26,678 bases of DNA from Nitrospiraceae bacterium (GTDB taxonomy: Bacteria; Nitrospirota; Nitrospiria; Nitrospirales; Nitrospiraceae), in NCBI GenBank assembly GCA_037442105.1, contig JBBIQV010000009.1, positions 62,001-88,678 on the forward strand. Reading direction: 5' to 3'. Under the pieces are notes generated by a model. It saw nothing but the letters and a program-made list of their open reading frames with translations. It made no database searches and was not told the DNA's origin. The position numbers and the translations under genes are program-made. Of the stretch, positions 16,858-26,678 are shown in pieces (the stretch's first letter is position 1; every line of letters starts with the position of its first letter).

Positions 16858-17109
16858 ATGAGTACTAATTCGCCACAGCCTCTACTTTGCCGGTGGTGCA
16901 ATTTTCCGCAATCCGGCACACCCGGCACTCTGCATGATTGCAGCATTTGTTGGAATACCGGCCAAATGAAAAGGATGGCTCTTTGCCACAAAAAAGTACT
17001 TGATGGGCATACTCATTGTATGCGATTAGAAGACACAATGAGTTCTGCCTCGCGCTCACAGGCTCGTGCGCATTCGTTCACCTCGAACAAAGTCGGGCGC
17101 TCGTATTGA
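16858..17109 (+). CDS. Possible small Cys-rich protein (2x CxxC)
   Basis: 83-aa ORF with CRWC and CSIC, ending 12 nt before the FNR-like gene; weak RBS and atypical codon usage. Confidence 0.3.
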   Translation: MSTNSPQPLLCRWCNFPQSGTPGTLHDCSICWNTGQMKRMALCHKKVLDGHTHCMRLEDTMSSASRSQARAHSFTSNKVGRSY

Positions 17110-17121
17110 GGATATCTCCGA

Positions 17122-17892
17122 GTGAAACCACGGTGCGAGGATTGCCGGACGGATCAACGTACGGCGCTCTGCCGGCTCGAAGAGTCGGGATGGGCGTCTT
17201 TTCTCCAGGCTCGCACGCTGCACCAATTCAAGACCCGCCAGACCATCTTTCATGAGGGCACACCGGCCTCCACCATATATATTCTCTGTGAAGGCGAGGT
17301 CAAGCTTTCACTGACTACGGGACAGGGGACTTCGAAAATCATCCGTCTCGTCTCCGCCTCTTCTTCCCCTTGTGAGATCCTTGATAAGCCGGCGCTGGGT
17401 ACGCTGGTTCACTCGGTGACATGCGAGACCATCGCCGATTCCCAGATCGCCTGTCTCAGCACATCGAGGTTTAGCTGGTTGATGAAACGAGATCCTACGT
17501 TTGTCTCACTGGTCATGAAGACCTTGATTGATGAATTAGGAACTTATCTTCGAACCTTTCGTGAGGAAACGGCAGCGCCAGCCCGTCGCCGGCTGGCTTC
17601 GCTGCTCGTCTCCTTTGCGCAGTCGAACGGGTCGGGCATGCTCATGCGACCCGCTGACAGCCATAGCGACCAGGGAGTCGAAACGGAATTCACCCTCCCG
17701 GTCCGCCGTCAGGAGTTGGCAGATATGCTGGGCACCTCTCGAGAGACCGTCGCCCGACTCCTGTCGAGGTTAGGGCGAGACCGCATCATTGCCTTCAAGG
17801 GACGGCGTATCCGCATCCTCGCGTCCGACCGCCTTCGGAGCCTGGCGAAGACCGGCTCGACGGGCGTGACAACAATCACATCCGATCAGTGA
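17122..17892 (+). CDS. Crp/Fnr-family transcriptional regulator with FNR-like Cys cluster
   Basis: C5-x2-C8-x8-C17 plus C111; cNMP-type barrel (IFHEGTP...GEVKL); HTH RQELADMLGTSRETVARLL; GAGGA upstream of GTG. Confidence 0.88.
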   Translation: MKPRCEDCRTDQRTALCRLEESGWASFLQARTLHQFKTRQTIFHEGTPASTIYILCEGEVKLSLTTGQGTSKIIRLVSASSSPCEILDKPALGTLVHSVTCETIADSQIACLSTSRFSWLMKRDPTFVSLVMKTLIDELGTYLRTFREETAAPARRRLASLLVSFAQSNGSGMLMRPADSHSDQGVETEFTLPVRRQELADMLGTSRETVARLLSRLGRDRIIAFKGRRIRILASDRLRSLAKTGSTGVTTITSDQ

Positions 17893-17903
17893 CGAGCATC
17901 ATT
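17865..17903 (+). promoter_or_regulatory. Tandem CRP-type boxes
   Basis: CGTGA-caacaa-TCACA (17865-17880) and AGTGA-cgagca-TCATT (17888-17903) versus consensus TGTGA-N6-TCACA. Confidence 0.55.
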
Positions 17904-18063
17904 CATTCTTTGCTCCTCCTCTCCGAGGAAGTCATGAGATTCGCATGTCCGGAAGTCGATGTTCATGGGGGAACAGTGACCGAGACGGGTTCATGACCAT
18001 CCGACTTCGAAGATTACGACGCGGGCTAAGGACCGCGGAGTACAACCGGGAGAGGAGGAGCAT

Positions 18064-19275
18064 ATGAGCCTCATGCAGGCGATGAGCCGAACGCTGCGGC
18101 AAGGGGATGGCCGGACTGACCAACGGGTCCGGCAGTTGGAGGCGGAATTGGAGGAAGCTCGAGAACGGGCGCACCAGGCGTGGCAGATCCTCGATATGCT
18201 GACCCACGAACGAGTATTCATCTGCGACATGAGCCCACCGTCGGCGACATCCCAAGGGAACCGGCTTTACTATATGAACCGCTCGGGCAAGTCTACGCTG
18301 GCCGACTGGGCGCCGGAGATCAAACGGGACTATCGGGTCGATGTCGCCCATCTGCAGGGAGCCAGTATCCACACCTTTCACAAGAATCCCGATCGAATCC
18401 GCCAGATCCTCCACGGCTTGAAGCCCGGCGAATCCCGTCACAACGCCGATATTCCCGTCGGGGACCATGTCATCCGGTCTGTGAGCCATGCCCTGACCAA
18501 CCGCAACAACGAGATTGTCGGGATTGTGGCGACCTGGATCGATGTCACCGCTCAAACGCGCTACCAGAATTTGATTCAGCACGAGATTACTCAGGTGGCG
18601 GCGGCCATGGAGGAGATGACGGCGACTGTGAGCGAGATCGCCCGGAGCGCCCAGGACGCGTCGATGCGAAGCATGGAAGCGGCCGGCCACGTGCAGGCAG
18701 GAGAACGGGTGGCCGGCGAGCTCGTGTCCGGAATGAACGGTCTGGGAGAGGTTATCCGTGAAACCGCCGCCGTAGTCCGGGAACTTGGGGAGGCCTCGGC
18801 TGAAATCGGCAAGATCATTCAGGTGATCGACGACATTGCAGACCAGACGAACCTGTTGGCTCTGAATGCGGCGATTGAAGCGGCGCGGGCGGGCGACCAG
18901 GGGCGCGGATTCGCCGTGGTCGCGGATGAGGTGCGGAAGCTCGCCGAACGGACCGGCAAGGCGACCAAGGAGATCGCCGGGACTATCACCGCGAATCAGC
19001 AGCGGACGGCCAGAGCGGTCCATGCGATCGAGGCCGGGATGGAGGGGATGGCGAAGGGCACGGTCCAGGTACAGGCCGTATCTTCGGCTCTCAAGAAAAT
19101 CGCCGAATCCATGCAGCAGGTTCTGGACGGCACGAGGCAGATCGCGACGGCGACGGAAGAACAAACAGCGGCTGTCGGCGAGGTGTCCCGAAGCGTGAAC
19201 ATGATTCGGGAAGGGGAGACGAAGAATACGCCGATGCGGCCCGATCAGCCGAGCGTGCCTCTGCGGGGTAAGTGA
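18064..19275 (+). CDS. Soluble methyl-accepting chemotaxis protein with Aer2-like PAS domain
   Basis: No TM; PAS YYMN...IHTFHKNP...TWIDVT; signalling tip [49 protein letters not shown]. Confidence 0.92.
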   Translation: MSLMQAMSRTLRQGDGRTDQRVRQLEAELEEARERAHQAWQILDMLTHERVFICDMSPPSATSQGNRLYYMNRSGKSTLADWAPEIKRDYRVDVAHLQGASIHTFHKNPDRIRQILHGLKPGESRHNADIPVGDHVIRSVSHALTNRNNEIVGIVATWIDVTAQTRYQNLIQHEITQVAAAMEEMTATVSEIARSAQDASMRSMEAAGHVQAGERVAGELVSGMNGLGEVIRETAAVVRELGEASAEIGKIIQVIDDIADQTNLLALNAAIEAARAGDQGRGFAVVADEVRKLAERTGKATKEIAGTITANQQRTARAVHAIEAGMEGMAKGTVQVQAVSSALKKIAESMQQVLDGTRQIATATEEQTAAVGEVSRSVNMIREGETKNTPMRPDQPSVPLRGK

Positions 19276-19288
19276 CCGGCGGGGCGGT

Positions 19289-22200
19289 GTGTTCCTCATC
19301 ATGCGGCGGCTCGCTACCTTGAAAGGACAGATGGCCCTCTGGTTCCTGGTCCTGGCGATTGCGCCGGTCCTGGCGGTCGCCTTGTTGGCCTACCGGACCG
19401 GGACATCCGCCTTGGAGAGCTCCGTGGGTGGCCGGCTTGCCGGTGTAGCGTTCCATTGTGCCGACAAGATAGATCGACTGCTGTTTGAACGCCTCGGCGA
19501 CGTGCAGGCCTTTGTTCAAAGCGAGGCGGCTCGCTCCGGCGATCCCAAGCGCGTGGCGCGGCTCATGGACCGGATGGTCGAGGCGTATGGGCCTATGTAT
19601 CGCCTGATGGTTCTGGCGGACCGATCCGGTCGAGTGCTGGCCGTCAATACGAAGGGGGCGAGAGGAGAACGCCTGGACTCGGCATCGTTCCTCGGGAAGG
19701 ATGTGAGTCGAGAAGTCTGGTTTCGGGCGGCCGTTGACGAAGGACTGCCGGAGGGGGATGTTCAGATCGGTGACGTGCATGAAGATACCGAAGTGGCTCG
19801 GCTATATCGGGATCCGGGACGAGTCGTGAACTTCACGTCGCCTGTCAAGGATGCTGAGGGAAGGGTCATCGGTGTCTGGTCGAACTTCTTTGATTGGTCA
19901 GTCGTCGAGTCGATTTTACGCGAGGCGGCTCAAGTTGTGCGTGAACGAGAGGGAAGCCGCGTCGATCTGACCATAGTGCGGCACGATGGGCTCGTGTTGG
20001 CCGCCCTGTATCCCGATCATGTTCTGAAAACGAATCTGCGCGAGCATCCGGCCGTGCAACGTGCGGTGACCGGCATACCTGGTTCCTATGGATTCATTCA
20101 AGGGCAGCATCTTTATCAGGCCGGTCCGGTTCTGATCGGGTTTGCCCGCACGAAGGGGTACAGCACGCATCATGATCTCGGTTGGGGCCTGGTGGTCGAG
20201 CAGGATGCACAGGAGGCTTTCGCGGGGGTTGCCCGCTTCTCGCTTCTGATTCTGGCGATGGCCGGTGGAACGGGCGTCTTGGCGGTTCTGGCCGGTTCTC
20301 TGGCGGCCGGCACGCTCGCGCGCCCGCTTCAGGCGCTTGCCGAGGCGACGAAGATGATCGGTGCGGTCGAGCGTGGGAATCGATCGGTGCGAGTCGGAAT
20401 TCCGCCCCAGCGGGATCTCGCCGAGCTGGCCGACACGTTCAACCGGATGGCGGAGCGCTTGGAGCAGCAGGCGGCGGCTCGTGACCAAGCGGCGCAGACC
20501 CTTTCGGAGGTCGCCCGCGATCTGCTTGCGACGGTTCCATCCGTCGCGCCCTCACGGGAGGTGTTGACACGGTGGCTGAACGCGCTCGTGAGTCTCACGC
20601 GTGCCCGGTATGGCGCGCTCGGGCTGACCGACGACGCCGGCGAGCTGAGGGACTTTCTGTATGTGGGCATGACCGAGACGGAGGCCGCCCGCATCGGGTC
20701 GCGTCCGGTTGGGCGAGGATTATTGGGCGCTCTGTTGCGCGATTGTGCCACGATCCGGCTGCACGACCTCACTCAAGACCCGCGAAGTTGCGGATTCCCA
20801 TCGGGGCATCCGATCATGCGTTCGTTCCTGGGAGTCCCCATCGCCGGACGTGATGCCCTTTATGGGCGCCTGTATCTGTGCGAGAAGGAAGGGTCTGAGG
20901 GATTTACCGAGACCGACGAATACTTGGCCACGTTTTATGCCAACGGCCTGGCGCTGGTCTTTGCGAATCGCGCCTTGTTCGGGCAATTGGTGGAAGCGCG
21001 CGATGCGGCACTGGAGTCCGCTCGACTCAAGTCCGAATTTCTCGCGACCATGAGTCACGAGATCCGCACGCCGATGAACGGTGTGATCGGCATGACCGGC
21101 CTCCTGCTCGATACGGACCTGACGCCTGAACAACGCGACTACGCCGAAACGGTGCGCGGTTCGGGCGAGGCGTTGCTCGCGATTATCAACGACATTCTGG
21201 ATTTTTCCAAAATCGAGGCGGGCAAACTGTCGCTGGAGCCCCTCGACTTCGATCTGCGCACAACGGTAGAAGATGTCTGTTCGCTCCTGGCCGAGCGGGC
21301 CCACACGAAGGGGCTGGAACTGGCGTGCCTGATTTGCGCCAACGTGCCGTCGGCCGTGCGCGGGGACCCGGGCCGGCTGCGGCAGATCCTGATGAACCTC
21401 GTGGGCAATGCGATCAAGTTCACCGAGCGGGGGGAAGTGGTCGTCCGTGTCGAGGCGGCGGCGGACACAGGCACGAGGTGCGGGGCGCGGAGCGAGGGGC
21501 TAGAGGCTGGAGACAAAGAGCCCGTGACGCTGAAGTTCAGTGTCACGGATACGGGCATCGGGATTCCCCGCAATGCGCAATCCCGCTTGTTCCAGCCGTT
21601 CACCCAAGCCGACGGCTCCATGGCCCGCAAGTACGGGGGCACCGGTCTGGGGCTCGCTATCGCCAGGCAACTGACGGAACTCATGGGCGGCCGGATCGGG
21701 ATCGACAGCGAACCCGGGCGTGGCAGTACCTTCTGGTTCACCATGCGATTGGAGGAACAACCGGGCCAGCCGTCCTTCGCTCCTGCGCGAGCCGACTTGA
21801 ACGGTCGCCGAGCGCTCATCGTGGACGACCATGCCACCAATCGCCGGATTCTGGGACTCTATCTGCAAGAGCGGGGCGTGCAGAGTATGAGCGTCGAAGA
21901 TAGCCCTCGCGCGCTTGAATCATTACGGGCGGAAGCGGCTCGCGGGACGCCGTATGATCTGGCGCTGCTCGATGTACAGATGCCCGGGATGGATGGGTTG
22001 GAGCTGGCCCGCGCCATCAAGTCCGATCCGTCGATTCATGCCACTCCGCTGATCCTGATTTCTTCGATCGGCCTGCGAGGCTGCGCCCAAGCGGCGCAAG
22101 AGGCCGGTGCGGCAGCCTATCTGACGAAACCCGTGCGCCAGACCGAATTGCACGATTGCTTGGCGACGATTTTGTCCGGGTGTCCCTCGCCTCGGCTTGC

Positions 22201-22717
22201 GCGTCCGGCATCCCTGATCACGCGCCATACCCTTGCGGAGGCGCGCTCACGGTCGCATCCCCGCATCCTTGTCGCCGAGGACAATGTCGTGAACCAGAAG
22301 GTGGCCGTCCGGATGCTGCAGAAACTCGGGTACGCTGTGGATGTGGCCCACAATGGGATCGAAGCGTTGGAAGCGCTGTCGCGCATCCCCTATGCGGCGA
22401 TCCTGATGGATTGCCAGATGCCGGAGATGGACGGATTTGCCGCCACGCGTGAAATCCGCAGGCGCGAGGCGCGAGGCAATGGGCTATGGGCGAGCGGAAA
22501 GGAAAAGGACCCAGACTCTGTCCCCTCGCCTCTCGCCTCTCGCCCCGTGCCCAGTCACGTGCCGATTATCGCCATGACTGCCAACGCCCTGCGGGAAGAC
22601 CGGGATCGATGCCTCGAAGCCGGCATGGACGATTATCTCGCCAAGCCGGTGAAGCTTGAAGACCTGGAGGCGGTCCTCCGCCGTTGGGCGCTCGAAAAAA
22701 GCGAGGAAGCGGTATGA
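19289..22717 (+). CDS. Hybrid sensor histidine kinase (TM-dCache-TM-HAMP-GAF-HisKA-HATPase-REC-REC)
   Basis: H-box [37 protein letters not shown]; two receivers ([22 protein letters not shown]); DosS-like [19 protein letters not shown]. Start could be GTG 19289 or ATG 19301. Confidence 0.92.
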   Translation: MFLIMRRLATLKGQMALWFLVLAIAPVLAVALLAYRTGTSALESSVGGRLAGVAFHCADKIDRLLFERLGDVQAFVQSEAARSGDPKRVARLMDRMVEAYGPMYRLMVLADRSGRVLAVNTKGARGERLDSASFLGKDVSREVWFRAAVDEGLPEGDVQIGDVHEDTEVARLYRDPGRVVNFTSPVKDAEGRVIGVWSNFFDWSVVESILREAAQVVREREGSRVDLTIVRHDGLVLAALYPDHVLKTNLREHPAVQRAVTGIPGSYGFIQGQHLYQAGPVLIGFARTKGYSTHHDLGWGLVVEQDAQEAFAGVARFSLLILAMAGGTGVLAVLAGSLAAGTLARPLQALAEATKMIGAVERGNRSVRVGIPPQRDLAELADTFNRMAERLEQQAAARDQAAQTLSEVARDLLATVPSVAPSREVLTRWLNALVSLTRARYGALGLTDDAGELRDFLYVGMTETEAARIGSRPVGRGLLGALLRDCATIRLHDLTQDPRSCGFPSGHPIMRSFLGVPIAGRDALYGRLYLCEKEGSEGFTETDEYLATFYANGLALVFANRALFGQLVEARDAALESARLKSEFLATMSHEIRTPMNGVIGMTGLLLDTDLTPEQRDYAETVRGSGEALLAIINDILDFSKIEAGKLSLEPLDFDLRTTVEDVCSLLAERAHTKGLELACLICANVPSAVRGDPGRLRQILMNLVGNAIKFTERGEVVVRVEAAADTGTRCGARSEGLEAGDKEPVTLKFSVTDTGIGIPRNAQSRLFQPFTQADGSMARKYGGTGLGLAIARQLTELMGGRIGIDSEPGRGSTFWFTMRLEEQPGQPSFAPARADLNGRRALIVDDHATNRRILGLYLQERGVQSMSVEDSPRALESLRAEAARGTPYDLALLDVQMPGMDGLELARAIKSDPSIHATPLILISSIGLRGCAQAAQEAGAAAYLTKPVRQTELHDCLATILSGCPSPRLARPASLITRHTLAEARSRSHPRILVAEDNVVNQKVAVRMLQKLGYAVDVAHNGIEALEALSRIPYAAILMDCQMPEMDGFAATREIRRREARGNGLWASGKEKDPDSVPSPLASRPVPSHVPIIAMTANALREDRDRCLEAGMDDYLAKPVKLEDLEAVLRRWALEKSEEAV
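21470..21511 (+). repeat. In-frame tandem heptamer array inside the HATPase domain
   Basis: ggcacga-ggtgcgg-ggcgcgg-agcgagg-ggctaga-ggctgga (6x7 = 42 nt). Confidence 0.6.
22461..22551. repeat. In-frame inverted heptamer array inside the second REC domain
   Basis: ggcgcga-ggcgcga-ggcaatg-ggctatg-ggcgagc, 28-nt spacer, cctcgcc-tctcgcc-tctcgcc-ccgtgcc. Confidence 0.75.
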
Positions 22718-24963
22718 GCGTGGTCAGGAAGAGCCTTATGATTGAGCGGCTGCCGCGTTCGCTCTATGGCGCCTTGGTCGCGTTGTGGGGCCTGATCGGC
22801 CTGATGTTGACGGTGGCGGCCCTGCTGACGTTCCGCGCGCTCGACATTATCCAGGTACACGGCCCCCTCTATGAGCAGATGATCCAAACGAAAGACGTGG
22901 TGGCGGATGTGCTGCCTCCGCCGGAATATCTGGTCGAGGCTTTCTTAGTCGTGACGCAGGCCGTGGATCGGCATGACGAGTTTCGAGAGAATAAGTTGCC
23001 CGAGCGGCTGAAACAGCTTCACGACGACTATGAGCGGCGGCACGAGCACTGGGCACGGACGCTTCCTGAGGGACCGGTCCGGGATTGGCTGGTGAACCGG
23101 TCGTACGCAGCGGGCCAAGCTTTCTGGGAGACGGTGGAGCGGCAGCTCATGCCTGTGCTTCGCGACCGCCGGCAGGACCAGGCGCGCCGGCTGCTTGTCG
23201 ACGTGCTGACGCCGCAATATGAGGCGCATCGGGCGGCCATAGATCAGGTCGTCCTGCATGCTCAGGCGGCCGGCGCCGAGGTCGAACAGCGGGCGACGAT
23301 GCTCCTCGCAACCAACCGTGTGTGGCTACGAGGCTTATTTGGAGCCGTCATTGTAGTCACCGTGCTGCTGGGGCTCGTGACAAGCGGGCTCCTCGTCTAT
23401 CGCGCGCGGCTGTTGGCTGCCAGCCTGGAGAAGGAACGGCAAGCGAGGGATCAGGCCGCGAAGCTGGCGCGCGCCATCGAGCAGACGGAAGATGCCGTGA
23501 TACTTACGGATCGGGCCGGTGTGATCGAGTACGTCAACACGGCGTTTACGAAGATCACCGGTTACAAGCCGGAGGAGGCGATCGGCAAGACGCCCGGCCA
23601 GTTGCTGAAGTCCGGCGAGCAGGACCAGGCTTTTTATCAGATGATCTGGGAGGAGGTGTTGTCGGGAGAAACGTGGCACGGCGCGCTCACGAATCGCAAG
23701 AAGTCGGGGGAGTTCTATGTCGCCGACGAATCAATCTCCGCCATCCGGGACGACACCGGCGCCATCACCCACTTTGTGGGAGTACAACGGGACGTAACGG
23801 AACGCCGGTGGCTCGAAGTGCAGTTGAAGCAAGCCCAAAAGCTGGAGGCCATCGGCAAGTTGGCCGGGGGGATTGCGCACGATTTCAATAACCTGCTGAC
23901 GCCGATTCTCGGACATGCCGAACTGCTGCTGGCCCGGTTGCCCGCGACCGCTTTGGAGGCCAGAAATATAGGCGAAATCGCCCGAGCGGGCAAACGAGCC
24001 GCAGCCCTGACGCGTCAGTTGCTCACGGTCGGCCGGCGGCAGATCGGGGAACCGCAGGTCGTGGATCTGAACCGGATGCTCGACGAACTCGGGTCGCTCT
24101 TGCGGCGCACGCTCGGAGAACCCATCGATCTCGCCATTGTCCCGGGCGATGCGCTCGGGAAGATCAAAGCGGATCCGGCTCAACTTGAATCGATGATCCT
24201 TAATTTAGCCATCAATGCCCGTGACGCCATGCCTGATGGAGGCCGGTTGACGCTGGAGACTCGGAACGTCGATCTCGATGCGGACGGTGTCATGTTCCAT
24301 CATGGAGCAAGTCCGGGGCCCTATGTCCGGTTGGCGGTCAGCGACACGGGGAAGGGGATTCCGCTGGACATTCGATCCCGGATCTTCGAACCATTTTTCA
24401 CCACGAAAGAGGTGTTGAAAGGATCGGGACTGGGGCTTGCTATGGTCGATGAGATCGTCAAGCAGGCTGAGGGATTTGTGGAAGTCGAAAGTGAAGTGGG
24501 CAAAGGGACGGTTTTCCATGTGTACTTTCCTCGGGCAGGAGGTGAAGCCGCGCCGGCGTGTGAGGCGCCTCCCAGTGTCATCAATCTACGGGGCCAGGAG
24601 ACCGTCTTGTTCGTGGAGGATGAAGAATTAGTGAGGGAAGTGGCCGCTCCCGCCCTCAGAGATCTGGGGTATGCGGTGTTGGAAGCCCCCGATGGCGAAG
24701 TGGCTATCAGGCTGGCCGATGCCTATCCGGACGCTATCCATGTCTTGTTGACGGATGTGATCTTGCCGGGAATGAACGGGCGGCAACTGGCTGATACGCT
24801 CATGCGCCGCCGGCCCTCAGTCAAGGTCTTGTTTGTGTCCGGCTATACGGCGACCGTCATCAGGAGCTATGACGTGAGCACGGCCGGGCTGGCGTTTCTG
24901 CCCAAACCGTACACTCCGAACGCGCTGGCCCGACGAGTCCGCGAATTGCTGGACAGGAAGTAA
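22714..24963 (+). CDS. Hybrid sensor histidine kinase, CckA-like (TM-helical periplasmic domain-TM-PAS-HisKA-HATPase-REC)
   Basis: ATGA overlap with the upstream stop; H-box [36 protein letters not shown]; receiver [12 protein letters not shown]. Confidence 0.92.
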   Translation: MSVVRKSLMIERLPRSLYGALVALWGLIGLMLTVAALLTFRALDIIQVHGPLYEQMIQTKDVVADVLPPPEYLVEAFLVVTQAVDRHDEFRENKLPERLKQLHDDYERRHEHWARTLPEGPVRDWLVNRSYAAGQAFWETVERQLMPVLRDRRQDQARRLLVDVLTPQYEAHRAAIDQVVLHAQAAGAEVEQRATMLLATNRVWLRGLFGAVIVVTVLLGLVTSGLLVYRARLLAASLEKERQARDQAAKLARAIEQTEDAVILTDRAGVIEYVNTAFTKITGYKPEEAIGKTPGQLLKSGEQDQAFYQMIWEEVLSGETWHGALTNRKKSGEFYVADESISAIRDDTGAITHFVGVQRDVTERRWLEVQLKQAQKLEAIGKLAGGIAHDFNNLLTPILGHAELLLARLPATALEARNIGEIARAGKRAAALTRQLLTVGRRQIGEPQVVDLNRMLDELGSLLRRTLGEPIDLAIVPGDALGKIKADPAQLESMILNLAINARDAMPDGGRLTLETRNVDLDADGVMFHHGASPGPYVRLAVSDTGKGIPLDIRSRIFEPFFTTKEVLKGSGLGLAMVDEIVKQAEGFVEVESEVGKGTVFHVYFPRAGGEAAPACEAPPSVINLRGQETVLFVEDEELVREVAAPALRDLGYAVLEAPDGEVAIRLADAYPDAIHVLLTDVILPGMNGRQLADTLMRRRPSVKVLFVSGYTATVIRSYDVSTAGLAFLPKPYTPNALARRVRELLDRK

Positions 24964-25018
24964 CAAAGCGTTATGCCATGCTGCGCATGGCCGCTGTTCT
25001 ACCGCCTCGTACAGTTGC

Positions 25019-25047
25019 TTGACAAAGGGTGATGCCGGCCCTACTAT
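25019..25047 (+). promoter_or_regulatory. Sigma70-type promoter for purA
   Basis: TTGACA (25019-25024), 17 nt, TACTAT (25042-25047). Confidence 0.75.
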
Positions 25048-25057
25048 GAGCCCCCGC

Positions 25058-25094
25058 GCGGCTCTGATCTCTTTCGGGTCAGGGCTGTTTTTTT
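25058..25094 (+). terminator. Intrinsic-terminator-like hairpin plus U-tract
   Basis: gcggctctgatct / gggtcagggctgt (13 bp with G-U), loop ctttc, T7 at 25088-25094. Confidence 0.6.
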
Positions 25095-25106
25095 GAGAGA
25101 AAAAGA

Positions 25107-26507
<1,401 letters not shown>

Positions 26508-26509
26508 AA

Positions 26510-26616
26510 ATCGTCGATGGTCATTCGGCACTTGTCAATGGTAAGATGGCGCTCCTCTGTGGAACGGCTTACATTCACGGTGTCCGGTTGACGCATGACG
26601 ATTGACGAATAACGTT
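26510..26616. repeat. Inverted heptamer array (nTCGTCA / TGACGAn) between purA and tRNA-Lys
   Basis: atcgtcg-atggtca-ttcggca-cttgtca-atggtaa ... tgacgca-tgacgat-tgacgaa-taacgtt. Confidence 0.7.
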
Positions 26617-26624
26617 CCCCCAAG

Positions 26625-26678
26625 GAGCCGGTAGCTCAGTCGGTAGAGCATCGCCCTTTTAAGGCGAGGGCCCTGGGT
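26625..26678 (+). tRNA. tRNA-Lys (TTT), 3'-truncated by the window end
   Basis: GAGCCGG-TAGCTCAGTCGGTAGAGC-A-TCGCC-CTTTTAA-GGCGA; D-arm and anticodon arm intact, anticodon TTT. Confidence 0.92.

Noticed and set aside
17000..17013. Canonical FNR box
   Set aside because: Only the TTGAT half-site matches; the other half (ATACT) is poor.
17932..19302. 456-aa minus-strand ORF and other long antisense ORFs (e.g. 923-1861, 14830-15615)
   Set aside because: Shadow frames of well-supported GC-rich genes with no recognisable motifs.
16099..25000. Classical tRNA-integrated genomic island or prophage
   Set aside because: The block lies on the 5' side of tRNA-Ala; I found no integrase, transposase or duplicated tRNA 3' end.

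Overview
About 27 kb of moderately GC-rich bacterial chromosome. Gene content and order look like Nitrospira/Nitrospirota, but this is an inference from recalled similarity, not a search. The backbone is: 3' part of a NorD/CbbO-like vWA protein, a hypothetical protein, mdh, a PuuD-like membrane protein, a stand-alone nuoF-fdx-erpA-PTPS-folE cluster, an alpha/beta hydrolase, rarA, a PilZ-like protein, an ABC-F ATPase, tRNA-Ala(GGC), purA and the start of tRNA-Lys(TTT). Two blocks look accessory. (1) At 8.9-12.1 kb, a tiny lipoprotein, a 740-aa Cys-rich secreted protein and a TonB-like anchored protein. (2) At 16.3-25.0 kb, a signalling island: XRE regulator, FNR-like regulator, soluble chemoreceptor with an Aer2-type PAS, hybrid kinase with a DosS-type GAF, and hybrid kinase with a NifL-type PAS. 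This puts four chemically different putative O2/redox sensors in one cluster. Across the window there are about ten degenerate arrays with 7-nt periodicity, mostly inverted (hairpin) pairs, at gene junctions and twice in-frame inside a kinase. A GGA-rich multi-hairpin intergenic region is a CsrA-sponge sRNA candidate. No integrase, transposase, CRISPR array or rRNA was seen.
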